Positions 1-13,400 of a stretch of 64,000 nucleotides of DNA are shown here, piece after piece. A model generated the notes under the pieces. That model ran no database searches, was not told the DNA's origin, and was given only the letters and a program-made list of their open reading frames with translations. Each line of letters starts with the position of its first letter. Within the stretch, counting starts at the first letter, position 1. Where the stretch lies: the NCBI GenBank assembly GCA_024704765.1, contig JAKMXF010000017.1, positions 32,322-96,321 of the forward strand. The letters are read 5' to 3'. The position numbers and the translations under genes were made by a program. Source of the stretch: Oopsacas minuta. Lineage: Eukaryota; Animalia; Porifera.

Positions 1-190
1 AGTCGCCAAAATCAGCAATGTATATCAACTGATTAGGTTCATATAAGCTAGACCTCTTGCATCTTATAGTTCGTTATTAGCTCTCCCTTCCTTCCCTACA
101 GCTATGACAGACTGCTTCTTAAGAGTGTAGTCTAGTTCCCATTCTTTCGCCTCAGTAGACTACGAGCATTCTTCGATTGATGTTCCCCAT
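1..190 (-). pseudogene. NHL-repeat (TRIM-NHL-like) gene fragment, running off the window edge
   Basis: Reverse strand reads ...STEAKEWELDYTLKKQSVIAVGKEGRANNEL*DARGLA..EPNQLIYIADFGD, the same family as 25890-27049. It has an in-frame stop and a frameshift. Confidence 0.7.
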
Positions 191-557
191 TTCGTTTATT
201 AGAGTTCAGTTTGTTAGAAACAATATTAACTAATACAAACTCTATTTTATACTTGCGTAACTTCAGAATACGAATTGATTCAATGATTGCTATGGTAGCC
301 CAAAATTATGAGATATTAAAATGTACTATGACATGCGTCAATAGATTTTGGAATTTTTAGTACAGCTCCTATAGGGAGATGCACTAATGGCATGGACGAC
401 AATTTCACAGATTTATCATATGATTAATCATATTTTCACACTTTCTTTGCATATTAATCCAAATCATCTAGAGATTTCGTTTGAACTATTCACGGGTAAT
501 CGAGTATGTAGATTTAAAATTTAAATATTCTTCTAACAAACTACTTTAATAAACAAA

Positions 558-1050
558 TGGGCAACAAATAAATCAATGAATTCAGAAGCTACTCGTAGGT
601 CTGTTGAAGTGAAAGAATGGAAGTTGGACTACTCTCTCAAGAAGCAGCCTGTCATAGCTGTAGGAAAGAGACGGAGAGCTAACAACAAACTAAAATATGC
701 TAGAGTTCTAGCTTTACATGAACTTAATCAGCTGAGGGTAACTGTAGCATACATGTTTTTACATTCGAGGGACAGTTCGTCATTAATTTTGGATAAGACA
801 TACTCAAGATCCATTGGTATTGCAGTAACAGAAGATCACGTTTTAATTACAGACTCTGATCCAATTCTGTGATTTCAAGGTAGCGAAGATTGGTACCAGA
901 GGATCTGAGAGGGAGAGTTTAAGTGTCCTGCATGACTCTGTACATACTATAACGGAGACGTGTATGTAGCTGATGATAGCAATAACAGAGTTTTTATTTA
1001 CTCAGAAGAACTTAAATTCCTAAATTCTTTGGGTTCTCATTCGTTGATCA
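558..1050 (+). pseudogene. NHL-repeat gene remnant with deletions and frameshifts
   Basis: ORF 576-872 contains KEWKLDYSLKKQPVIAVGK...IGIAVTEDHVLITD. Downstream frames give NHL-type ..GDVYVADDSNNRVFIYS. Confidence 0.7.
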
Positions 1051-1107
1051 TATTCAACAAATTTTCCTTAAAATAGTGTTGTCTTCAGTTCTACTTTATG
1101 TCTAGCA

Positions 1108-1232
1108 CACAGATGCAAACCTAGCGGCTCATATGTCACCAAGGAGTGAAATTTCGTCCAAAAAGGCATGAAATATATTTAGGATCGTGAAAATCTGTCA
1201 GACTCACGAGTTTGCAGTGAGAGTTGACATCT
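1108..1232. mobile_element. Small MITE with AGATG(C/T)(A/C)AAC-type ends; related copy at about 35150-35326
   Basis: Ends are cagatgcaaac...gttgacatct. The subterminal 'agactcacg..gtgagagttga' is shared with 35280-35326. Confidence 0.4.
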
Positions 1233-1499
1233 TTACACACGTTTTTGTATGTACAAACCGTAAAACAAAAGATTCGCTAGGCCAAATGCATCTCGATATT
1301 TTATATTATAACAGGGTTTCTCAACTTGAGGTCCTATGACCAAACTTAGAAACAATTAGGCCACTAAGAGATTTTACATCAAATTCTGGCAAAATTGTTC
1401 TTCTGTGGTCATTTTGAGCAAACTTAACTAAACATGAGTACTTGACCAACCATGACCAAACGTGGCCAACGATGACCAATCCTAGCTTAAGAGAACCAT

Positions 1500-2240
1500 A
1501 GTCGAAGACATTTCTATTTTTTGAGACGAATGCATGCCCGAGAATGACAGTAGGAATGATGAAATCCATACTGAATGCGTCATTGGGATTAAATATAGCA
1601 AGGATATTAGAAATCGATGATGGGTCCGTTATCGGGATTCCCACGACATGCTCTTCCAGCAAATTTTTTGACTTTGTAGTAGTCAAAGAGCCGAACCAAC
1701 CCGTTCTCAATCAAGCAGTGTTTCCCGAGAGGAAATTTGGCCAGACGAATCCAAAATATGGCTGCTTTCAGAGTTCATGGTTTGATAATGTATTATGATG
1801 CGAATGGCTTTACTGGGAAATCAAAAATGACGAAGTTTATTCTATTAAATGCAGAAATGTGAATGCTCTTGGCCAATCTAGCTCATATATATCCATCGAT
1901 ACTGGAAAATCAACTTCGTAGAAACGAAAGCAGACTAAATTTGAAATAGTTTTTGAGATACTGCTACGCAGGACCACTCTGAAAAGTGATACAGCGATAC
2001 GGCGCTCGCCGTACCTGCCCTACTAAGTGTGCCGCCCCTGGGTATGGTACTCACTGTAACCATGTTTGCCATCCCTGATATCGTGCTTTAGTGATCCTGT
2101 TACTCCGTTCTATTATTTTCAAAGTCTTTCGTTTCTATTAGGATGGAATAAATTGTTTCTTTTACTCATCATCTATATGAACCTATATTGACAAGGGTTT
2201 TGAGGTACGGCGCTCCCCGTACAACTTTTCAGCGCCTGGT
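1500..2240 (+). mobile_element. Degenerate hAT (ZMYM1/TTF-zinc-finger type) transposon remnant
   Basis: FPERKFG...CFQSSWFDN..EWLYWEIKNDEVYSIKC matches the TTF zinc-finger pattern. hAT-like ends are gccgcccctg (~2032-2041) and cagcgcctg (~2231-2239). Confidence 0.6.
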
Positions 2241-2345
2241 GTGCCTCCTTCCATAGTTGTAATATTCGGTTTATATTTAAAATTCTCAAATCACCGTCTG
2301 TGCAGACTCAAATTTCATCAAATTAATTTCAGTGGATTGTTGAAA

Positions 2346-2448
2346 CTATATTATTCTATATTATTCTATATTATTCTATATTATTCTATATTATTCTATA
2401 TTATTCTATATTATTCTATATTATTCTATATTATTCTATATTATTCTA
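2346..2448. repeat. Tandem repeat (TTATTCTATA) x ~10
   Basis: Directly visible perfect decamer array. Confidence 0.95.
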
Positions 2449-2894
2449 CTAAATATACATTTTAGCAAAAGAATTTCAAATTATTTATACATTGTGACCT
2501 CTAAAAGCGGGGAATGGGGAATGGGGAATGGGCATACTTTAGAGAAATTATGCCTTACTCCATTGAATTTACCTCTATAGGAAGGAATTCTACGAAAAAT
2601 TTACTTGAATAATCAAATTTGTGCTAAATTTTGAAAAAAACATTTTTATCGCTATGATGAATTGAAATTTTTGGGTTCCTGAGAAAAATTTCAAATCTCA
2701 GGTGGACATCTAGAGGTCACTACGAGTGATATGCCCTGGACAAAAGAGGTGATTTATCACAAAGTAAGTTTCCATTCGGCACATCATTTATAGTCAACAG
2801 TCAAATTAGTGCATTTTAGTGCTCGAGGAAAACATTAAGGGAACAGAAATCGTTCAAACTTGAATACGACTTTGAATAAATACATTTTTGTTAC

Positions 2895-5800
2895 CTCTAA
2901 TAGCTATTTGTAGACTTCCTAACAGAGTTACAGGACTCATTCTATAGAAACAACTCAATGTCTGTACACCTGCTCCAACATCAGAGAATATTATACTCAA
3001 ATCTATAGGATTTGTATACTCATTGCTATATTCTTGACTATCACCATTAGATATTGTGTCTGTAGTCCAGCGTAACGAGCTGTCTGAAATATCAGATACA
3101 GAGTAGTATAGCATTGAAGTAGTAGATCCAACAGTGTAGTCAATCTGTTGTGATGGATTATCAAGACTTGTTACTGAGACTACAAATTCACACATAGTTA
3201 CTATAGGTGAATCTACACATTTGAGAAATATTTGTTAACCAAACTTACTCAAAGAACTGCTGTTTACAACATATACAGAGTATACACTATCTGTATTGAT
3301 GATACAGCTATAATATCCATGTTGATTAGAACTAATATTCAAACTACTGATCCCTGTATTAGTAGATAATCTTGAGAGAGAAGTCTTATTAATTTCCTCG
3401 TTATCTATCAGAGATCTGTAGTACCACTCTACTCCATAAATTGGATTTGAAACAGTACAGCTTATCGTTATAGTATCCTCAGTAGGTGATAGTACTGATC
3501 CGTTCTGTATTATTCCTTCTGTCAATGTTGAGATGAAATTGGGAGTTGTATAACCTGAGAATTGTGATATAAGAAAACAAGAAACTATGCTGTTGTTGTA
3601 GAAATTACACTAGAGTTGGGTTCGCTTATTAGCAACTATCTTATAGGAATAAATGTATATTTGCAATATAGTTTCAGATTCCGAGTGTTGACTTTGTACA
3701 ACTTATGTTCTTCTAAATTTCGCATTAGCAACTGTATGAGAACTAAAGCACAATGTTGTTAATAGGCAAACTCCACTGTAACTTCAAAGAATATTAGAAG
3801 AATTTCCCAGAAATAAATATGGAATACTATGTAGATCCCTTATATGTAATTTATATTATTTATGACAGATTACCAATTTACCATAGCTATTTGCAAGTAA
3901 GTAACTGTGATTCTATAACAATTTAATTTTAGACTATGAACGACCACCACCCCCTCAGGGCGAGAATTCAATCACAGGATTCAGGCTATCAATCAGGTAG
4001 CAAGTCTGTAAGTAAGAATGTAGTGAGTAATTGAAATATTAACAAAACGGAAAAATTCTCAAGTAGCAAGTTAATACTTGTGTATTATTTGAAATCCATA
4101 CTTGCTAACTGCCCATATTTGGGTGGGACTTCCCAAATTTTCAGACATGTATTGGGGGGCCAATGAAGCTAATGTCCCGCCATAACTTGTCAAAACCTTA
4201 ATTGTTCCGATTTTTTAGTCCAGTCTAATACTAGTATGCTACGTCCCGCGAGGTCCCGAAAAATCACTAATTTCGTCCCGCAGTTTTCTTCACTCAGGTT
4301 GTCAAGTATGGAAATTCTTTTTCCTGCACCGACTATACAAGATATAGTCGCCCAGTATTGCTAGATTCTCAAATTACAAGTTTACTATCTAAATTATATT
4401 TCTAATACCTGTGATATAATTATGACTTCTCCTACAAATGAAATCATTCAATCTGTTAGCACAGTTAACATTCTTCCACTTTCCATCAGTCTTCATTACA
4501 ACACAACTTCCTGAATTAAAGTCCTTAGGTGCATTTGATAAATAGTTTGTGTAGCTTACTTGTGTTCCATCAATCCAGTTAAAACTCTCATCTCCATTCT
4601 CATCATACAATCCAATCCAGTATTTGCTGATTGTATCAGGGACAATAGTGTATAGGAAGTTATTCACTCGTTCTGAGGGAATACTAGTCAAGTCACCACC
4701 CCATATAGTACAAATATTCTGAGCACCAAACCAGCTGATCCCATCAGTATGCTCAAATGCTCTATAACAAGTCTCTTCATATATGAGATCACATCCATTA
4801 GAGGTAGCTATTTTCAATAAAACATGGTTTACTGACAGTAAATATTTATAGATTTAATGAATTCACAACTACCAATTCAATATATCATAGAAAATTAACT
4901 TCCACGGAATTAACGCGAATTGTTAAATTGGCGTGAATTCATTGTCATTGGCGTTTTCATGACATTAATTCCTGTACAGTTTATTTCGATCAGTTATAAT
5001 TCCAATACAGTCCTAACATGAATATGCAAAATCACAAACTAAATATTTACCATCTGCAACTGGGTTGTGTTCGATAATGCCTTCTCCAATTCGCGTTAAT
5101 TCATGGAGCATTGATTTCCCATAATAAATTTTGAGGTAGTTTCCAACTTGATTTAGCAAATTACAAACCATGTACATAATACAATAGTATCAGTCAAAGT
5201 ATTCATATATTCAATATTACTTACCTAACTTCTGACAATAGTAAGAGAATACAGCTGCATCACAATTTCTATCATGCCATCCATTTGACAATCCATTCAG
5301 TCTGTTGTATCTAAAACTAACACAATCACTTTCTACTGTCTCTGCACGAGGATACACTTCTGATTCTGGAGATGTAGCAAATTGTCTGTAATTATTGTCG
5401 CTACCATCTACCCATACAAATAGATTCGAGTTAGTATTAGCCTCATTAGTTCTGTCATTCAAACCTATCCAACTAGCAAAATATAAATTAATATCTGTTA
5501 GATAATACAATAATGTATCTTCTTGTTGAGACTTGATTGTAGTGAGATTTCCTCCCCAACTGATACAGCTATCTTGAGCTGCTGTCCAAGATATTTTAGG
5601 AAAAGTAGTGAATATTGCAAATGTAGAATCATCATATGTAAGATTCCTCATCACGTCTAATTCTATAACAGAATATAATTAAAGATCTTTCTAACGGGGA
5701 AATTTGGTTGTGCAAACAAATATCCAAACAACATAATTGCTGCTGGAATAATAAATGCAGCAATCTAGCTAGGTTTGCTGAATGATTTGTAAATAGCTAA

Positions 5801-8800
5801 ATTAGTTGCTGATTAGAGACCTGCCACGCTTTAATTGGTCTGGGATAGTAATAGCTGGTGTCTCTATTATTCATACATGTACAATACTTACATCAATACT
5901 GTACACAACTTCACATAATTACCTGTAATATCATTTGAGTCTCTTTTACAAATAAAATCATTCATATTACCACAGTCATAATTATTCCATTTTCCATCAG
6001 TCTCCATTGCAATACAACTCATTGAGTTAAAGTCATTAGGTGCATTTGATACATAGTTTGTGTATCTTACTTGTGTTCCATCAATCCAGTTAAAACTCTC
6101 ATCTCCATTGTCATCATACAATCCAATCCAGTATTTATTAGTTGTATCAAGGACAATAGTGTATAGGAAGTTATTCATTCGTTCTGATGGAACACTAGTC
6201 AAATCACCACCCCATACACTACAAGTAGACTGAGCATCAAACCAGTTGATTCTAGCATCAGATTCTTCAAACACTCGAAAACAAAACCCTTCGTATGTAA
6301 GATCACATCCATTGGAAGTAGCTGGAAGATAGAGGTACATTCATACTCAAACGAGAATTTGGCTTTTCGCGCGACCTCCGGGCTTTGCGCCATAAGGAGT
6401 TATATTATCTAAATTGACAGCCTTCAGGGACCATAATTCAGTAATTCATGTTTTCATAAGTTGTTGAGGGAAATCCTTAACGATAGCTTATTTGAAGAAA
6501 TTATCTCAATTTGTCCAATGGACAAGAAATTATTATTATTATCTTATCAAAAATAGATTTATGAATTTCAAAAATAAAATAATATGATGAGAAATCGATT
6601 CTAAAGAAAATATGCTAATTATTCATACCATCTGAATGAATAGAGTATATTAATTAATAGAATTACAAGAATTTCAAAAAATACAAATATTTAATTTTAC
6701 TTGTTGAATTGCGAAAGTCAGATAATTCTGATTGTGGAGGTTAAGTTAAGAGCATACTTGTCAACCTGAGTGAAGAAAAAAGCGAGACGGTTTATGGTTG
6801 CTAAAAAACGTGTTAGACATGAAGCAAAGTTGAAGATAACTCTATTTGTGGGAAATTTGCTGGTAAGATTCAAACTATCAAAACCTTTTGGAAAAATGTT
6901 GTCCGGATTAGGGAGATGCCAGGATCTTGGAGGTTCGACTGTTAATACGTAAATATAACTTAGATATTTACCAACTGTCCCAGTTTTGGGACATGTGTTG
7001 AGGACCAATGAGGTTAATGTCCCGCCAAAACTTGACAAAAACGTTGATCCCGCTTTTTTGTTGTCAGTCTAATACACTGCCTGGCCAAACGTATTGGACC
7101 ACTTTACCACTTGTGGCACAAGGCATTAATATGTTGAAAGATTCTACACAATTGCAGAAAGTAGACAATTTCGTGTTATCATTCGTTGCTTATGATATAT
7201 TTAAGTTATATATTTTAAAAAATCACCTTTAGCCTATTAGTATACAACTAAGGTGACATGCCTTTGGTGCCAGGTGTCAATTGTGGCAGGGTGTTCCAAT
7301 ACTTTTGGCCAGGGAGTGTACCAATATGCTACGTCTCGCTATCCGTTGAAGAACTTCCAGCTTCGTCAATTCAAATGCATCTCAAATTCTCAATATTCGA
7401 TATTATATACAAATTGGATCTCCCATAGAGTTGTTGTTGTTTCTTAGATCCGGGAACCCTCCAGACGAACTGTCCGGATCTCAGAGATTCTACTGTATAT
7501 GTGAACTGATCGAGATATTGTTTATAGATTTATTTGTTTTTAGTTTAGAGTTATTCACTTCCCACTCTACTAACCTGATTTCTGACAATAGTAAGAGAAT
7601 ACAGCTGCATCACAATTTCTATCATGCCATCCATTTGACAATCTATTCAGTCTGTTGTATCTAAAACTAACACAATCACTTTCTTCTGTCTCTGCACGAG
7701 GATACACTTCTGATTCTGGAGATGTAGCAAATTGTCTGTAATTATTGTCGCTACCATCTACCCATACAAATAGATTCGAGTTAGTATTAGCCTCATTAGT
7801 TCTGTCATTCAAACCTATCCAACTAGCAAAATATAAATTAATATCTGTTAGATAATACAATAATGTATCTTCTTGTTGAGACTTGATTGTAGTGAGATTT
7901 CCTCCCCAACTGATACAGCTATCTTGAGCTGCTGTCCAAGATATTTTAGGAAAAGTAGTGAATATTGCAAATGTAGAATCATCATATGTAAGTTCTCTCA
8001 AAAGACCATAAACTACGTAAAGACATATCATTAAGGAATTATTGGACCAACTGACACAATCAATATCCAGCAGGAGTGTAGTATTTCGCTACGAATTTTA
8101 AAAAATCGAATAATGTGATCATTAATATATTGTTTTGATAAGCTTCCAGGCATGGGAATCAAATACATTTCTAATTTACAAAAAGTAACTCTAGAGAGGG
8201 GATGTAGCCCCTTCGAGGGATAAATTGGTCAAAATAACAAGTTTGTAAGTGGAAATACCTGCAATGAAATTTGAGTTCCTCCTGCATATATAATTGTTGA
8301 TATTATCACCACAGTCATAATTATTCCATTTTCCATCAGTTTCCATTGTAATACAACTCATTGAATTAAAGTCATTAGGTGCATTTGATACATAGTTTGT
8401 GTATCTTACTTGTGTTCCATCAATCCAGTTAAAACTCTCATCTCCATTGTCATCATACAATCCAATCCAGTATTTACTAGTTGTATCAGGGATAATAGTG
8501 TACAGGAAGTTATTCACTCGCTTTAAGGGCACACTAGTCAAGTCACCACCCCATACACTACAAGTAGACTGAGCATCATACCAGCTGATTCCTTCAGATG
8601 CTGTAAATATTTGATAGCAGAAGTTTTCATATATTAAATCACATCCATTTGAGATTCCTATAGAATAGTAATTATAGTTAATGCATGAAGTGTTATACAT
8701 TGTAATGAGAGTCCCAGATGATGACTGGTAGTTTATTGAATGGGTATTCTGTATATTGTATATTGAAGTTATTAAGAATTCAATTTACCTGGTCTTTGAC

Positions 8801-10241
8801 AGAAGTAGGAAAATACAGTTGAGCCATCACCACATTGTCTATCATGCCACCCATTCGATAATCCTTGTCCTCTTCTGTATCTAAAACTAACACAATCAAA
8901 ATTGTCATTAGTAGCACGAGGATATGCTTCTTCTTCTGGAGTTGTAGCAAATTGTCTGTAGGTACTATCACTACCATCTTCCCACCTAAAACTATTCGCG
9001 TCAGTACCAGCTTCATTCCCCATTCCTCTATCATTCAGACCTATCCAACTACCAAAATATTCATTTATATTTGTTAGATAATAGAATAATGTATCTTCTT
9101 GTTTAGACTTGATTGTAGCGAGATTTCCTCCCCAGTTCTTACAAACATCTCTAGCATATGTCCATGATATATGAGTATCATTTGAACCTACTATTGTAGT
9201 GAAGATTGCAAAAGTAGAGTTGTTGAATGTTATTTCTCTGACTGGATCTTGTGCTGTAAAACAATCATTATTAAATATTACTGATGTAGAACATAGAGTT
9301 GAAATATTAATTGTCAATCTGATTACACTGTTAATTCGACAAACAATCGGAAAGATGAAGAACACGTTATAAATGGGAGTATAACATTTATGTATAAAGC
9401 TAGTGTGACGTTTGTGTACGGGCAGTGCGGCGTTTGTATACAAATATATGGTACACTAACGTCGCACTAGCTTTGTACAAGTATGACATTTGTTGAATTG
9501 TGGGTTAAAGCCACCAAATCACCAAATATAACATTATTCTTAACAAATTCAATCATAATCTCATTCACCAAGTAGATTTCTATTTAAAATACCTAATTTT
9601 ACAACAGGAGGTAGACAGATATCCGGACAATATCTATATATATCCAAGAGCTATATTGACACTAATACAAGGTAAAAACTAGTACGACGTTTGTGTACAG
9701 ATATGTTTGTACACAACTGTCGTACTGTCTGTAGACAAACGTGGCACTAGCTTTGTACACAACTGTCTCTGTACGCAAACGTCTCCCTACGCATGAATAT
9801 ACACTAATTGATATCCACGAAAAGTTTTAATTATTTCCATCATTTTGAAAATCACGAATACATACAATAGGACAAAAGTGTCGAATATGTGATCAATTAT
9901 TTACATCCTTATTGACAAAACTCTTGTCTAAATTTCGTCTGAGTAGGTAACTTCTGTCTATTTTTTGGACCTATTTTTTCGAACGATGTCGTGAGGACTA
10001 AATAGGTATAAATATGCAGGCAAATATTACAAATTACAAATATTTTACTCAAACAGTGAATTTCATACATCAAAATATACTATCTCAGTTATCCCAGCAC
10101 CAAACTAGAATTTCAAAGACACACCTTCCGACCTTCGTCTTAACCGAGGGTCAAGGTGTTAACATATTTACCTGTTTGTATTTGAATATAAGACACTAAT
10201 ATCATACAAATTAGCATAAATTTTCTGCAAATAATTGACAT
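2895..10241 (-). CDS. C-type lectin x6 / Ig-like x2 receptor ectodomain gene (copy B); no TM/PTP exon within the window
   Basis: Deduced exons: 10172-10241 (signal peptide MSIICRKFMLICMILVSYIQIQT), 8789-9253, 8259-8657, 7575-8012, 5923-6321, 5225-5656, 4409-4807, 3249-3554, 2895-3212. All are GT-AG, the internal exons are phase 1-1 with lengths divisible by 3, and all are open. CTL WIGL and Cys patterns are present. Confidence 0.8.
4097..4310. mobile_element. MITE with CATACTTG(C/T)(C/T)AAC termini (hAT-like); further partial copies at 6753-, 6963-7350 and 10903-11085
   Basis: catacttgctaac...gttgtcaagtatg inverted ends. The internal 'aatgtcccgcc(a)taactt' segment is shared with 7015-7035 and, reversed, with 11032-11052. 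No clear TSD. Confidence 0.6.
7075..7318. mobile_element. Tc1/mariner-type MITE nested in the CATACTTG-family MITE
   Basis: TIRs CACTGCCTGGCCAAACGTATTGGA / CACTCCCTGGCCAAAAGTATTGGA, with TA on both sides (7073-74, 7319-20). Confidence 0.85.
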
Positions 10242-10431
10242 TGTGAATTAATCAAATCATAAACTAATAAAAATACAATTAATCTTCATACATTTTATTT
10301 ATACTAGCAATTACTCAGTTGAGTAGGTTAGAAAATCCATAATTTAGAGAGTAATATGATATATATGTTCATATTTCTGCTTATTGACTTGACACATTAC
10401 TACTATTTAGATCACTTGACTTAATACAAAA

Positions 10432-13400
10432 TTAATACAAAATAATAACATTTTCCAATATAAAATATTCAAAAAGGAGCAAAAAGTAATACCATATATC
10501 ACAAATGAAAGTCTCTATCAAAACAAAGCCTAATTCTAAATGAGCTTTCTGTAACAAAAGGAAAAGAGAAGAAGTGGGATCTAAAGTTCATTCATTTAAC
10601 TTTAAAACAGTACTCATTCATCAGTGAGAAGCAAGAGACGAAGTGAGACTAGAATAAAGTATACGAGTAAATATACAAAATAGTAATCTTGAAAATATAT
10701 ACATATGCTAGAGAAAACCATAAGAGAGTTACAATATTAATTTGTTATAATTATGGTTTGAAATTTGCAAATATTTTTAATGTCAGTTCCTGCACCTTCT
10801 ATGTACTCGCTAGAATGTAAGGTGTGTAATTATTAGAAAACCAAATTGTTGTAAGTTTCAAATTTTTCTATATTAAATTCGTAAAAAGAAATTTGACTAT
10901 TCCATACTTGCCAACCTGAGTGATGAAAAAAGCGGGCAGGAAGTACATATTTTGCTGGACATCCTGGAACGTGGTATATTTAGATAATTACATAAGACAT
11001 GACTATAAAAGTGGGACAATTAAGTTATTTAGCAAGTTTTGGCGGGACATCAACCCCGCAAAAATCGGGACAGTTAGAACAATAATACAACTCATTGGTG
11101 TTTTCGCATATATTTATTTCAATCCGACCTATATCATTTATAAATTGTAAATTACATGCAACTAACCAGATTTGTCATTGTATTCATCCTTTCACTTCTC
11201 AACTTCTTAACAATATGGAATATATCAATAGTACCCTTATTTCTGCTATCCTTGATAGCTTTATAGACTGTATAGAGAACACAACTCTTGCCAGCTCCAT
11301 CTTCACAGTGGATTATGATTGGGACATTTGGAGAATGTTGTCGGAATTCAAATATTGTTTGTAGCAGGATAATGGTACATTCAAGATTTGGTTCTTCATT
11401 TTCATTCCAATTTGTTGCGATAATTTGGGTAAATGATCGACTACTGTTATCAATAGTATGATGAAGATTAATAGTGTTACGAATGAATACAGACTTTTCG
11501 CTGTTTATACATGTCAGAACGAAAGGTTCGGCTTGTAGAGGTTTCCCTGGAGTAGGCCAGTATACTTTACGGTTAGATTTATCTTGTTCGATTTGTCTAA
11601 GCTTCAACGGAGAAGAAAGCATTACCACCAAAATGGGTTCCATTTGGTAGATGAGTTGATAGAAATCTCGAAGAGTATCTGTGGTTGGATGAATTGTGAT
11701 AATTATTTCTCCCAAATCTAGTGAAGTTGCGTTGATGTAGTCTCCTTCCCAGGGCGGGGAACTTAGTCCTACTCTATTACTGTCAGATGGTAGGACATGT
11801 TTTACCGGATTTTTATCTTTGTTAATTTCTAGGAGAGCATCCTTACAGACTGGAATAAATCCTTTTTCGCACTGATAGTTGAGTTCACTGAATTGTTGAT
11901 AAAACAAGGATACATAGCCTTCATCTTCAGATTGCATGTATAATTTGTATGTGTTCATGAATTCTTTAGTACTGACAGAAGTGCTCCCAAGCAAAATTTC
12001 CAACACACATAGATAAATGAATTTGTATTGAGCAAATGTTTGTACCATCTGTGGACGATATTCTCTCATTTCGTGGACGATTCTGTAAATACTAATTGGC
12101 TTTGTTTGTTGGATAGTAGATAAAAGATTGTATAATGTCAGGAATGTTCCTGTACGGCCTACACCAGCAGAACAATGTACCAAAATAGGAGCCTTTGTTT
12201 TGACCAAGCTTTCCTGAACATTGGTTACAAACAGCAATAATTCATCATAGAGTAGTGGGACATCATGATCAGGCCATGCGGTGAAATGAAAGTGTTTAAT
12301 ACATACTGTACCTCCAGGAAAGTGAACTTTCATGATCTTTATGGCATACCCGGTAAAAATATCTTCTTTCTCAAGAGTTATGTCATAAGGTTCAATGACT
12401 AACGTTGAACCTATACTCACAGGAAAATAGGTCTCGCATTTCCTGCGTCCGGACTCTACTAAGTTTGTAACCATTACAATGTTTACGATTTCATTCTCAA
12501 TTATCATCTGCCAGAAACTTTGGAGAGTGTTTTCCTTTGGTCCTTGTGCAGCAATGAATTTCTCTTTGACATACACTCCAGGAATGTGACTAGCATTTAT
12601 GTAATCTGTTGCATCGTGATCAGTATGCTGCAAAATAACGCGATGTTTATCATATGGATAGATCAATTTGAAACGATTTTTTGTTTTGTTTTCTTCTGTT
12701 CTTGCTGTTGTGCACGGATACCTATGTTCTTTTCCACCCAAACTTTCATATTCTTCTTGTAGCAATGTTTCCCGCTTCCAAAGCGTATTCATATGAGTTT
12801 TGAATATATCTATAGGAATAGGTAGCATTCTTGGATCCATAACCTCTGACACTTCTTCGTAATTTATTGTTTCTGTAAAACTTTTTTGTTGTATATCTTC
12901 CCGTGGTTGACTCTCTGGAGTCTTTTCTTTTGGCAACAATTCGCCTAGTACCATGTATCCTTCATCAAGTCCTGCTGTAGTATCGTCTTCAATGCTATCA
13001 TCTTCTATTCGTTTTAGTCTTATTGTACTTCTTTTGCTTCTTTTATCGTTTTGATTAAACTTTTTTGAATCTCTTCTCTTATACATTATTAACCAGACAA
13101 CGAAGATAACTATTATTATCAGCATCAGCATTGCTATAATTATGACAATTGGTGCTACTATGTAAACTACTAACATACTATTTTCAATAGCAGGTACTGT
13201 TGGTATATCTACCTCAATATACACACTAGCTGTAATGTATTGTACTCCTGAAGCTGTTTCTCTTACCAACATGTAGATTCCTTCATTCTCTTCAGATAAT
13301 ACTGGAATATTGTATGGGAGGGTAGTTATGTTAGTTAGCTTGTTTTGATTGATAAAATGTATCATCAAGCATTGACTACAGATGAAAGTAACATTCTCAG

